Source: Sedimentisphaerales bacterium (GTDB taxonomy: Bacteria; Planctomycetota; Phycisphaerae; Sedimentisphaerales; SM23-30). From it: 64,000 bases of DNA. This document shows, one piece after another, positions 21,836 to 32,472 of this stretch (its first letter is position 1; each line of letters opens with the position of its first letter). Under the pieces are notes generated by a model. That model saw nothing but the letters and a program-made list of their open reading frames with translations, had not been told where the DNA came from and made no database searches. Where the stretch lies: the NCBI GenBank assembly GCA_963663805.2, contig CAXXMR010000015.1, positions 96,001 to 160,000 of the forward strand. Reading direction: 5' to 3'. The position numbers and the translations under genes were made by a program.

Positions 21836-23263
21836 TTAAAATACTAAGGGGCCATTCTCCGCAGTGTCTAAAAAATCAGCCCAAAGATCGTAGAGAAGAT
21901 TAAAGGACCTTTTTTTTAAGCAACAACTACGAGTAACTTCTTGAGTCCATCCCCAGCAATAATAACCCCCATATTCTCGCTCCTCATTTTTTGCAAAATG
22001 ATTAATGCAGGCAATTATATCATAACAAGTCGCACATTTACACTCTTTTGGTTTAGGATATTTAAGCATGCCATACTTTTTCTTAATAAGTGGGTAAGCA
22101 TTTAAAGTGTCCGCGTATTTTTTGTTTTTCTTTCTGCGTTCAATACTTTCATCATCTGACCGAGGTAGGGGTACCCCACGAAAACCCCAAGTTACATCTG
22201 AGCCGCATTCTATCCACGAATGCGGATAATCCTTATGTTTTAATAAATCGCTAGCGGGCTCTATAAATAGATAGCATCCACAAGCGCCACCACCGTCAGT
22301 GCCAGGAGGCTGAGGAAATAGAATGTTGCCAATTGAAGCTTCAAGTCCAAGAGAATCAGAAAGAATGGTCGGCCTCCCTACTACATATGCATACAAAGAT
22401 ATATCAGCAGCATACTGAATTTTAGGCATAAAAGACCTCACATTTGGGGCTCCGCTCTTGTCATAAGATGCCAAGGCCAAGCCATCTTGGACACCTTGTG
22501 GATCTCTGGTCAAAAACCTCCCGGTTTCGGTATCGTAGTATCTGTTTTTGTAGTACATTAATGAGAGGTTGCCACCGTCAAGGTCATCTTGTCGCTGGCC
22601 GGTGAAGGATATGCTAAAGAAGCTTGTCGTTGCGAGGGGGTTAAAACCGGAGTCGAGACTTATGCGTTCGCCATAGGCCGTATATTCAAATCGCTCGCCA
22701 ATATCGCCGGCGGTATTCAGCCAGGCAGCTGGCGAATAGAGATGGTCGTGCACAAAGTAGAACGGATAATCGATCTCGCCCAGCCTCAGAATCATGACAC
22801 ATGCTTCATCGAGATAATTACCGTAAATATATTCAGGGTCAAAAGGTGCCGCAGAGCGTTCTTCACACAAAACTCGCCAGCCATCGTAGTAAAATGTGTA
22901 TGTACCATAGGTATTGCCGGTAGATTCTACCCGTCTGCCCAGGGCATCATAAGCAAAGGCGGCAACGGTGATACTGCCGGAATCTTTTGTAATCGCGGTC
23001 AGGCGGTTTTCATAATCATACTCGTAGGCATAGCCGCGATGGTCGGCGGTAAAGTTACCAGCATCGTCGTGGCTGACGGATGCTCCTCCTATGGCAGTGT
23101 ATTCATTAACCTCGTTTGAGCTGTACACAGTATCGGTTCCAACTTCAAGGTCGCGGGTAATGCGATTACCCAAGGTGTCGTATACGAAATTTTCATCAAC
23201 TAAAGGACTTACAACAACATTAGTATAATCAGCACCGGTAACCCGGTCAAGGGTGTCGTAGGA
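21836..23263 (-). CDS. Orphan Rhs module (core + Cys-rich toxin tip)
   Basis: YD repeats, YYKNRYYDTETGRFLTRDP, DSLGL cleavage-type motif, then an AT-rich variable tip; no true start codon. Confidence 0.85.
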   Translation of the reverse strand, partial: SYDTLDRVTGADYTNVVVSPLVDENFVYDTLGNRITRDLEVGTDTVYSSNEVNEYTAIGGASVSHDDAGNFTADHRGYAYEYDYENRLTAITKDSGSITVAAFAYDALGRRVESTGNTYGTYTFYYDGWRVLCEERSAAPFDPEYIYGNYLDEACVMILRLGEIDYPFYFVHDHLYSPAAWLNTAGDIGERFEYTAYGERISLDSGFNPLATTSFFSISFTGQRQDDLDGGNLSLMYYKNRYYDTETGRFLTRDPQGVQDGLALASYDKSGAPNVRSFMPKIQYAADISLYAYVVGRPTILSDSLGLEASIGNILFPQPPGTDGGGACGCYLFIEPASDLLKHKDYPHSWIECGSDVTWGFRGVPLPRSDDESIERRKKNKKYADTLNAYPLIKKKYGMLKYPKPKECKCATCYDIIACINHFAKNEEREYGGYYCWGWTQEVTRSCCLKKRSFNLLYDLWADFLDTAENGPLVF

Positions 23264-23300
23264 ATGATTAAAAATGTACCGTACGTCTTAAATTCTCCCG

Positions 23301-23650
23301 GCGGAAGGACTGCGCATCCAGCGAGATGTTTCAGCTGGCAGCATAACCATTACGCAGCCAGCGGAAGGACTGCGCACCCAGCAAAATGTTTACGCTCGCA
23401 GCAGTGGAGCTGCGCTGGCAGCGGCAGACCTGCGCACGCAGCAGAAGAGCTACGCACTCTGCGCAGGGGCTGCGATCTCTGCGGCAAGTTTACGCACGCA
23501 GCGGAGAAGCTACGCACGGTGCGGGAAAGCTGCGCTCGCAGCGGAGGGCCTGCGCAGCCGGCGGAATGTCTGCGCTCGCAGCGGAGGAGCTGCGCTGCCA
23601 GCGGAAGGGCTACGCTCGCAGCGTAAGAGCTGCGCACTCAGCGCAGGAGC
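23301..23650. repeat. Tandem array of ~17.5 degenerate 20-bp units (consensus about GCGGAAGAGCTGCGCWCGCA), copy 1
   Basis: Strict 20-nt period with no indels from 23301; part of a ~0.65-kb block duplicated at 31420-32070. Confidence 0.9.
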
Positions 23651-23911
23651 AAAGTAAATTGGAGTTATCGGTCGGCAGGGCGATATCAGTATCTTGCAAG
23701 CTGATTTTATGAGACTTTCCTCTGAATAACTGTTTTTGACATTCGACTTGCACTTATAAGACTTTGCTCTACACAAAAATCTGATGATTTTCCGTTCAGC
23801 GTTTTTCCATAACGCTGAATCTGGACTCATATGAACTTGAAAAAGAGCAAGATTTTCAATTCTCAACCGCTCAAAAGCGGTATCACGCTTGCTTGACAAG
23901 TACAACTACAC

Positions 23912-24637
23912 CTAATCGCTTATTTTGCCATTACGCGTGCCATGCAACTCAAGTAATTCAGTCATTTCTTGAGATCCTCCGTCTTTAGCAATATCTAGAG
24001 GCGTTTGACCTGAATCCTTATAATTGCTTCTAATAGGAAGATTAACATCAGCACCTGCATCTAGTAAATAAGATACTGTCTGACAATAATCTAAATCTGC
24101 CGCTAAATGGATGGCGGCATATCCATTATGATTATATTTGTTAACATTTGCTCCACACTCAACTAAAGCCCGTACAACATTAGTTACAATACGCTCACGA
24201 TCATTAGGTTTTGATTTGTCGTAAACATAATATGGACACAAAACCGCTGCAGTCAAAAGATTTGCTCCTTGGCTTAAATCTGTTTCTGCATTCGCATCAT
24301 ATCCAAGGCCGCAAAGCCAGTGGATTTGATCGATATCAGCTTTTTTAACCGCAATTTCAAGAGCCGAATCGATATAACTCGAGATCAAATGAATTGAAAA
24401 TAAACAAGAGACAAGCCCCGCTATTGCTGAAATTCTATAAAAAACAAATAAAAACTTCTTTTTGATAGAATAAAAAACAATAGCGACACATCCAAGTGTA
24501 CTTACTGCTGAAAGAACAGTGCTAATACTGGGTTGCCCTATAAATGCTGCACCTAATGAGAAAACAACAAGAATTACCATTACGAAATTAAGATTCGATA
24601 TTAGCTTATGTCCAACCTGTGTCTTAGTTGTTTTCAT
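23912..24637 (-). CDS. Membrane-anchored ankyrin-repeat protein, probable immunity protein
   Basis: Three N-terminal hydrophobic helices; GYAAIHLAA...LLDAGADVN and GQTPLDIA ankyrin motifs; directly follows a toxin. Confidence 0.8.
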   Translation of the reverse strand: MKTTKTQVGHKLISNLNFVMVILVVFSLGAAFIGQPSISTVLSAVSTLGCVAIVFYSIKKKFLFVFYRISAIAGLVSCLFSIHLISSYIDSALEIAVKKADIDQIHWLCGLGYDANAETDLSQGANLLTAAVLCPYYVYDKSKPNDRERIVTNVVRALVECGANVNKYNHNGYAAIHLAADLDYCQTVSYLLDAGADVNLPIRSNYKDSGQTPLDIAKDGGSQEMTELLELHGTRNGKISD

Positions 24638-24640
24638 GTA

Positions 24641-26320
24641 TTAATCCCACCAACTCCACAATGCTTTCCACCGATAGGTTAGTGGACTTGTCCTAGAAGA
24701 CAAACACGGTTTACATATCCATAAATTGTCCTGACAACTAACGCCAGAGGAGTTCCCTCGAACTCCTGCTCGGGCCCAAGCCGCCTTACATTTAGCATCA
24801 CCTGAAACAAGAATTGGCCACAGGAGACCCCTTTCAACATCATGTTCGGGAGTACTGCTACATAAAGAGTGCATAATTCCATACATATAATAGTTGACTG
24901 CATGAGAGCTACGGCACCTTCCATGCACCATAACCGTCTCCTGGCATGCACCAGTAGCACAACCTTGTCCTTTACGACCTAAAAGAAGGTCTGGGTCATG
25001 AAGTTGCTCAACATCCCAGCTGTTAGTACCATATCTTCCTGTGCACTTAGCAAGTTTTTTGGCTCGAGACAAAGAATTGAAATCCTTAATCATTTTTTCT
25101 CGTAGCTGGTCCAAAAGTAAAGTTACATCTGGCCCGCAAGTTCCACAGCCAAAAGAAATTGACAGGCCTAATGAATCTATGTAGACAGTTGGCCGTGAGT
25201 TAGCATAGGAATACAATGACATGTAATCATCATATTGTCTATTTGGTTTGAATTCTTCCTTTTCGGGCGAAAGGGCGTCTTTGAATCTTATTAAGGCTAA
25301 ACCATCCTGAACACCTTGTGGATCTCTGGTCAAAAACCTCCCGGTTTCGGTATCGTAGTATCTGTTTTTGTAGTACATTAGTGAGAGGTTGACCTGGCTT
25401 AGTACGTCTATGTCGAGGTCGTCTTGTCTTTGGCCGGTGAAGCTGATTGGGTTGGAGGTATATGAGACTGAGCCGTAGCCGGCGGTCAAACATTTTCTTT
25501 GGCCGTAGGCATTATATTCGTAACGCTGCACTACACTGCCGCCGTCAAATAACCAGGCAACGGGGGAGTACAGATGGTCGTGGGCAAAATAAGTGGGGTA
25601 GTCTGTCCCTTGATATTTGCTAACCAGCATGCATACTTCATCGAGGTAATTGCCGTAGACGTATTCGTAGGTAACATCATTTTCGCCGTTGCGTTCTTCG
25701 CTGAGTACCCGCCAGCCGTCATAGTAGAATGTGTATGTGCCCATAAGATTGCCGGTCGATTCGATGCGTCGGCCCAGGGCGTCGTAGGCGTAGGCGGCGA
25801 TTGGAACTGTGTTTTGGCCCGAAGTTGTCTCGATGGCGGTCAGGCGGTTTTCGTAGTCGTAGTGGTAAATATAAGGGTTGCCCTGACTGCTGATGCGGTG
25901 GTCCTGCGTCAGATTTCCGGCGGTGTTGTACGAAACATTCGTGCCGCCGATGGAGGTATATTCGTTTACGTTGTTAGCTGCGTACACAGTGTCGGTTCCA
26001 AATACCAAGTCATGCGTTACACGATTACCCAAAGTATCGTAAACAAAGTTTTCGTCCAGATGCGATACTGTACCATAATCGGAGCCGGTTACCCTGTCAA
26101 GGGTGTCGTAGGAATATACATTAGCGAGGCCGGCACGGTGATTGAACTGTTTGGAGATGATATTGCTGTCGGCATCGTAGGTATAGCCAAAATTGACAAT
26201 ATCGCCGCCAGCATTGGCGGTCACATAGGAGCTGAGTCGGCCAAAATCGTCATAAGTACGTGTTGCAGTGGCAGTTATCTGGTCATAGGTTCGCTGGGCG
26301 ACCAGTGAGCCGTTATAGTC
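24641..26320 (-). CDS. Orphan Rhs module (longer core + toxin tip)
   Basis: YD repeats, RYYDTETGRFLTRDP, DSLGL, Cys-rich tip (CGPDVT...NYYMYG). Confidence 0.85.
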   Translation of the reverse strand, partial: DYNGSLVAQRTYDQITATATRTYDDFGRLSSYVTANAGGDIVNFGYTYDADSNIISKQFNHRAGLANVYSYDTLDRVTGSDYGTVSHLDENFVYDTLGNRVTHDLVFGTDTVYAANNVNEYTSIGGTNVSYNTAGNLTQDHRISSQGNPYIYHYDYENRLTAIETTSGQNTVPIAAYAYDALGRRIESTGNLMGTYTFYYDGWRVLSEERNGENDVTYEYVYGNYLDEVCMLVSKYQGTDYPTYFAHDHLYSPVAWLFDGGSVVQRYEYNAYGQRKCLTAGYGSVSYTSNPISFTGQRQDDLDIDVLSQVNLSLMYYKNRYYDTETGRFLTRDPQGVQDGLALIRFKDALSPEKEEFKPNRQYDDYMSLYSYANSRPTVYIDSLGLSISFGCGTCGPDVTLLLDQLREKMIKDFNSLSRAKKLAKCTGRYGTNSWDVEQLHDPDLLLGRKGQGCATGACQETVMVHGRCRSSHAVNYYMYGIMHSLCSSTPEHDVERGLLWPILVSGDAKCKAAWARAGVRGNSSGVSCQDNLWICKPCLSSRTSPLTYRWKALWSWWD

Positions 26321-26525
26321 ATCGACGCTTATAAACAAAGAAAATCTTAAAACCAAGACTAAGTCCAAGCCAGATCCAGCTTACTATACTATGTAACACA
26401 ACATAATTTGAATCACTATCTAGACCAAATATAAAAAAGTACCCAAGGCCTATTATCAAAAATATATCGCACAATCTCTCAAAAAAAAATGTTTTCATGG
26501 AAACCTTTTGCAACAACACTCGCAA
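26319..26525 (-). CDS. Small membrane protein, probable (truncated) immunity protein
   Basis: Two hydrophobic helices; directly downstream of the 26495 toxin. Confidence 0.5.
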   Translation of the reverse strand: MRVLLQKVSMKTFFFERLCDIFLIIGLGYFFIFGLDSDSNYVVLHSIVSWIWLGLSLGFKIFFVYKRR

Positions 26526-27783
26526 CTTTGCCTAAACCAACGTGTAATCCATCCCACGCCAGCGAGCCATGTTTCAGGACCAGCACAATCGAGCCCTACC
26601 TGATTTGCCACCATATCTGCTAGTGAATCAATAGCTGCATCGCGCATATTTTTATCCTGTATTCCTGCTGCAATCAAATCTCTAGTCTCCTTCGTTAGAC
26701 CTCCTAATAGGGAAATAACTTTACCACAGTCCCTTGCTATCATGCAGCTAACCCAACAATGTCTAAACTTGTCACTTCTGTCCCCATATTTGATATGTGC
26801 CGCGGTAAAATAGGGCATTCCGCACCTGAGGATCGTAAATATAGCAGTCATACCTTCAGTACTTTCGCCATATGTATCAAAATAAAGAATTGAATTCGAA
26901 TTGGCATATTCATAAAGGGACATACCATCGTTATACATTTTTTGTACTGAAAAGCTCTTGCGTACAGGAAGGCCTATTGCCAAAAACCGTACTGAAGCCA
27001 AACCGTCATTTACCCCAATCGGATCCCTGGTCAAAAATCTCCCGGTTTCGGTATCGTAGTATCTGTTTTTGTAGTACATTAATTTGAGATCGCGATCGGC
27101 GAAGGTGTCTTGTCGCTGACCGGTAAAGGCTATTTCGCAAAATGTAGTATTATTTCCAGTGTAACCATAAGCGGAGTATTCACGGCTTTCGTAGACATCT
27201 CCGTTCTGATCCAATATTGCTACTGGTGAATACAGATGGTCGTGGACCAGATAGAATGGATTGTCGGTAGCGCCAGCATAAATTTGCATACATACTTCAT
27301 CGAGGTAGTTGCCGTATACGTATTCAATATTGTGAGTGTCTCGTTCATGTCGAAGTACCCGCCAGCTGTCGTAATAGTAGTGGTGGGTGGTGCCGGACAT
27401 ATACTCTTCAGTTTTTTCCACCCGGCGTCCCAAGGCGTCGTAGGCGAATTTTGCAATGGCAATAGTAATCTGATTTTCACCTATGGTAAAGGTGGTATCA
27501 ATGGCGGTCAGGCGATTTTCGTAGTCGTAGTGATAATTGTACGCTGTGCCGCTAGGGTCGCCGCTACGATGGTCGGCAGACAGATTGCCGGCAGCATCAT
27601 AAGAGACGGCCGTCCCGCCGATGCTGGTATATTCGTTGACAATGTTGGGTGCGTACACAGTGTCAGCCCCGTCATTATGGGTTATGCGGTTACCTAAAGT
27701 GTCGTAAACGAAAGTTTCGTCCGTAAAGGCGCTGGAACTATGATAATCGGAGCCGGTGACGCGGTCAAGGGTGTCGTAGGAAT
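26495..27783 (-). CDS. Orphan Rhs module (core + toxin tip with DKFRHC motif)
   Basis: YD repeats, RYYDTETGRFLTRDP, DTYGE, tip DKFRHCWVSC...KE...DMVANQVG. Confidence 0.85.
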
Positions 27784-27828
27784 GATTAAAAATGTACCGT
27801 ACACCTTAAATTCTCCCCTTAAATTCTC

Positions 27829-28290
27829 CTACGTTCGGTTGACAAGTACAGACCGGTTTTTGCCTATTATGGCCTTCCCTATGAATATTTGCGAAAAGAC
27901 AGCTATCACTTCAAGTGCAACTAAAAAAAGAAATGATTCAGATGACATATCAGCAACTATTACATATAACTTATTAACTTTTACTAGTAAAATAAACCTC
28001 CAAATAGAACAACAAATAACTGCTACAAGATAATGCAGAAAAATAAGCCCGTATTTCCTCCCAACGATAACTGCGAGTAGAGCAGAAAATAAAGGAGGAA
28101 ATATTGCTATAATCACAATATTAAAATAAGGTCTACAATATATAAGTACCAAGTCAAAAAAATCTACCTCTAACAAAAGATATCCGCCAACTTTTTCGGT
28201 TAAAAAAAGAAAAACGATGCTTAAGCAAATACACAATATATGGCCTAGCATTATTGTTTTATAATTTTGTTTATCACACAAGCTTCTCAT
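27829..28290 (-). CDS. Multi-TM protein, probable immunity protein
   Basis: About four hydrophobic helices, AT-rich, downstream of the 28326 toxin. Confidence 0.65.
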   Translation of the reverse strand: MRSLCDKQNYKTIMLGHILCICLSIVFLFLTEKVGGYLLLEVDFFDLVLIYCRPYFNIVIIAIFPPLFSALLAVIVGRKYGLIFLHYLVAVICCSIWRFILLVKVNKLYVIVADMSSESFLFLVALEVIAVFSQIFIGKAIIGKNRSVLVNRT

Positions 28291-28325
28291 CGTCCCACTG
28301 CCTTCCCTGTACCTAAATGGCCAAA

Positions 28326-29458
28326 TTATTCTATTCTAGCGATATACGCATTATAAGGCGACTTGTAGCACGCTGCCAAACATGCTTGTACAACGTGTAC
28401 CTTAGATATCCACCAAATGGCAGATCCCTTTATGCTAGAAGCGGCATCTTTTTCTGCATGGGCCACTAAGTAGCGACAACAAGCTTGGCAAGTGCAGGTA
28501 TTGTTTTGATCATAGCAAGTATAAACTATAATAGCATTTATTTTTTTTGTACCTGGTTTCAAAGTTGTCTTGCCGCAACGTTCTGTATGACATGCAGTTT
28601 TTGTTCCATAGGGATCTACGAAATAGAGAGGATTGCTCCGAACATATTCGTAGAAATTCATAGTATCTTCGTAACCTTGTGGATCTCTCGTCAAAAATCT
28701 TCCGGTTTCGGTATCGTAGTATCTGTTTTTGTAGTACATTAGTGAGAGGTTGCCACCGTCAAGGTCGTCTTGTCGTTGGCCGGTGAAGCTTATGTGGTTA
28801 AACGAATAGGCAGCATCGGTATAATCTGCGTTCATGATTTTTCGCTGGCCGTAGGCGTTGTATTCGTAGCGGTGGATAATTCCGCTGGTGCTATAGAGCC
28901 AGGCGACTGTGGAGTATAGGTGGTCGTGGACGAAGTAGTATGAATATGCTTGAACAGCATCATTTAATCTGAGGTTCATCATGCATACTTCATCAAGATA
29001 GTTGCCGTAGACGTATTCGTTATTGAAAGTCAGAGTCGGTGAAGCAACACGTTCTTCACGCAAAACTCGCCAGCCATCGTAGTAAAATGTGTATGTGCCA
29101 TAGGTATTACCGGTTGATTCTACTCGTCTGCCCAGGGCATCGTAAGTGAAGGTGGCAACGGTGGTACTGCCCGAATCTTTTGTAATCGCGGTCAGGCGGT
29201 TTTCATAGTCATACTCGTAGGCATAGCCGCGATGGTCGGCGGTAAAGTTACCAGCATCGTCGTGGCTGACGAATGATCCTCCTATGGCAGTGTATTCATT
29301 AACCTCGTTTGAGCTGTACACAGTATCGGTTCCAACTTCAAGGTCGTGGGTAATGCGATTACCCAAGGTGTCGTATACGAAATTTTCATCAACTAAAGGA
29401 CTTACAACAACATCAGTATAATCAGCACCGGTGACGCGGTCAAGGGTGTCGTAGGAAT
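28326..29458 (-). CDS. Orphan Rhs module (core + short Cys-rich tip)
   Basis: RYYDTETGRFLTRDPQGY...NPLYFVDPYG canonical core end. Confidence 0.88.
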
Positions 29459-29568
29459 GATGAAAAATGTGCCGGGGACATTAAATTTCTCCCCGGGGAC
29501 ATTAAATTCTCCCCATATTAACTTGAAAAAGAGCAAAATTTTCAATTCTCAACCGCTCAAAAACGGTA

Positions 29569-30054
29569 TCACGTTCGGTTGACAACTACATGTGTTTCTT
29601 TCAAATGTTTACCAATTTTAGTGGCTAGCACAACAATAATTAAACAAAACCCAACGCCTACTAATGGGTTGTTAAAAAGAGTACTCGCTCTATTAGTGGT
29701 GTCTTGTATTATAATTTCAGTCGAACTAATACAATCGCTATCCGGTAAAACATTATACTCTCTTCTTGTAACAACCGTATCTGATCTATTAAAATAATCA
29801 AGTAAGAAAAGTCCTGTACCAAAAAAAGCATGTATTAAAACAACTAGACTTGATTGCCACCAACAAAACTTTGAACAGTAACCAGCTATGAATCCTACAA
29901 CTGCTACCGCAAATAGATTCATAATCAAAAGAGTTAAATCAAATTGTTTAGGATATTCCATATCTACCACAAAAATGATACAGATTCTCAATAGCATCGA
30001 CAACAAAATGAAAAATAGTCCATATATCAAGATCAGAACAATTTGTTTTAACAT
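29569..30054 (-). CDS. Multi-TM protein, probable immunity protein
   Basis: Four hydrophobic helices, downstream of the 30079 toxin. Confidence 0.65.
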   Translation of the reverse strand: MLKQIVLILIYGLFFILLSMLLRICIIFVVDMEYPKQFDLTLLIMNLFAVAVVGFIAGYCSKFCWWQSSLVVLIHAFFGTGLFLLDYFNRSDTVVTRREYNVLPDSDCISSTEIIIQDTTNRASTLFNNPLVGVGFCLIIVVLATKIGKHLKETHVVVNRT

Positions 30055-30078
30055 AGCAGTACACCTCTTCGAAAAAAG

Positions 30079-31440
30079 TCAATATGGATAATAATCGCGA
30101 AATTTCTCCTTCAGCCTTTCGCCTATGCTATAGCTTTTTCCCTGAATAACATAAGTAAGCCACTCGGTGATTATTTCTTTGTTAACGACATACTCCTTAT
30201 CGAATTCCTTTAGCGTTGCCTTACCTTCAACGTTAATCTCTTTGGCACGAGCTGGAGTTATACAAGCTAGGTATTTCTCAAGCTCTTCTTCGTGTTTTTC
30301 AAATTTACCTTCTAGGTCGCCGGTAACGTGAACTTTTATTTGATTATCAGAATGGGTCAAAAAAATCCTTGTTCGAGCATGAGCAATCGCTCTTATTGTG
30401 GTCCACAGCTTAGCGGTGCCCCATTTCTTATGTGGATGGATCCAGTAGTATTTTCTAGGGGAACGGCAAATACAACCATAGGGATCCCAAAAGGGATTAG
30501 ATGCACGATTAGCCTTATTCCATATTACAGGTCCAGCCATAGTTCCATCGAAAAGATCTATTTGCCAAGATTTATCGAATACTTTTATCCATATCCATAA
30601 CCCATAGGGGTCTGTATTAGCTATAGGTTCGTTACCAGTATAATTATACAAACCCATTCCATCGACATACCCAATCGGGTCTCTGGTCAAAAATCTGCCG
30701 GTTTCGGTATCGTAGTATCTGTTCTTGTAGTACATTAGTGAGAGGTTTCCACCGTCAAGGTCATCTTGTCGTTGGCCGGTGAAGGATATGTGGTTAAACG
30801 AATAGGCAGCATCGGTATAATCTGCGTTCATGATTTTTCGCTGGCCGTAGGCGTTGTATTCGTAGCGGTGGATAATTCCGCTGGTGCTATAGAGCCAGGC
30901 GACTGTGGAGTATAGGTGGTCGTGGACAAAGTAGTATGAATATGCTTGAACAGCATCATTTAATCTGAGGTTCATCATGCAAACTTCATCAAGATAGTTG
31001 CCATAGACGTATTCGTTATTGAAAGTCAGAGTCGGTGAAGCAACACGTTCTTCACGCAAAACTCGCCAGCCATCGTAGTAGAATTTGTATGTACCATAGG
31101 TATTGCCAGTCGATTCAACCCGCCTGCCCAAAGAATCATACTCAAACAGCGCCACAGTTGTACTGCCGGAATCTTTCATAATCGCCGTCAGACGGTTTTC
31201 GTAGTCATATTCATAAGTGTAGCCGCGATGATCGCCAGACAGATTACCGGCGGCGTCATACGATACGGCCGTACCGCCGATGCTGGTATATTCGTTGGCA
31301 ATATTAGCTGCATACACGGTATCAGCCCCGTCATTATGGGTTATGCGGTTACCTAAAGTATCATAAACAAAGGTCTCATCAGAACTTTCATGGCTGCTAT
31401 GATAATCCGAACCGGTCACCCGGTCAAGGGTGTCTTAGGA
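30079..31440 (-). CDS. Orphan Rhs module (core + toxin tip)
   Basis: RYYDTETGRFLTRDPIGY...EPIANTDPYGL followed by a variable tip. Confidence 0.88.
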
Positions 31441-31477
31441 TTGATTAAAAATGTACCGTACGTCTTAAATTCTCCCG

Positions 31478-31827
31478 GCGGAAGGACTGCGCATCCAGCG
31501 AGATGTTTCAGCTGGCAGCATAACCATTACGCAGCCAGCGGAAGGACTGCGCACCCAGCAAAATGTTTACGCTCGCAGCAGTGGAGCTGCGCTGGCAGCG
31601 GCAGACCTGCGCACGCAGCAGAAGATCTACGCACTCTGCGCAGGGGCTGCGATCTCTGCGGCAAGTTTACGCACGCAGCGGAGAAGCTACGCACGGTGCG
31701 GGAAAGCTGCGCTCGCAGCGGAGGGCCTGCGCAGCCGGCGGAATGTCTGCGCTCGCAGCGGAGGAGCTGCGCTGCCAGCGGAAGGGCTACGCTCGCAGCG
31801 TAAGAGCTGCGCACTCAGCGCAGGAGC
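31478..31827. repeat. 20-bp tandem array, copy 2
   Basis: Near-identical to 23301-23650, offset 8,177 bp. Confidence 0.9.
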
Positions 31828-32124
31828 AAAGTAAATTGGAGTTATCGGTCGGCAGGGCGATATCAGTATCTTGCAAGCTGATTTTATGAGACTTTCCTCT
31901 GAATAACTGTTTTTGACATTCGACTTGCACTTATAAGACTTTGCTCTACCACAAAAATCTGATGATTTTCCGTTCAGCGTTTTTCCATAACGCTGAATCT
32001 GGACTCATATGAACTTGAAAAAGAGCAAGATTTTCAAATTTCAGCCGCGTTAAAGCGGTATCACGTTCGGTTGACAACTACACCGGGGACATTAAATTCT
32101 CCCAACTTAAATTCCTCCCGCAAA

Positions 32125-32385
32125 TTATTCCGAAGAGCCGTATTTCAATAAAAGATAGCCAAGTAAAGCTAAAAAAAAACCTCCCCAACCTATTTTCCTT
32201 GCGAATAGATCGTTTTTTTTGTTTTGTTCTAGAGAGCTACCACGGACAAAAGTAAGGAAAATTAAGATTGAACCAGCCATGCTACACACAACTCCAACCA
32301 AAGCGATTATTATCTTCATTTTAGTGGTAATCCTCAAAAAGTGCCATCTTAATACATCCACACTAAAATAAACATGAACCTTCAC
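32125..32385 (-). CDS. Small two-TM protein, possible immunity protein
   Basis: MKIIIALVGVVCSMAGSILIFLTF...IGWGGFFLALLGYLLL; downstream of the 32473 toxin. Confidence 0.5.
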   Translation of the reverse strand: MKVHVYFSVDVLRWHFLRITTKMKIIIALVGVVCSMAGSILIFLTFVRGSSLEQNKKNDLFARKIGWGGFFLALLGYLLLKYGSSE

Positions 32386-32472
32386 AACATAAAATGATTG
32401 CTGAGGTTTTTGGCATGTGTTTAGTTTCTGAATAAACTAATAATTATAATAACACTATAATATTTTGCAGCT

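Noticed and set aside
23301..23650. CRISPR array
   Set aside because: Contiguous degenerate 20-mers with no constant repeat plus unique spacer structure, and no cas genes
23264..23905. ORFs over the 20-bp array (also 31390-31889)
   Set aside because: Low-complexity translations on both strands arising from a stop-poor GC repeat with a non-triplet period
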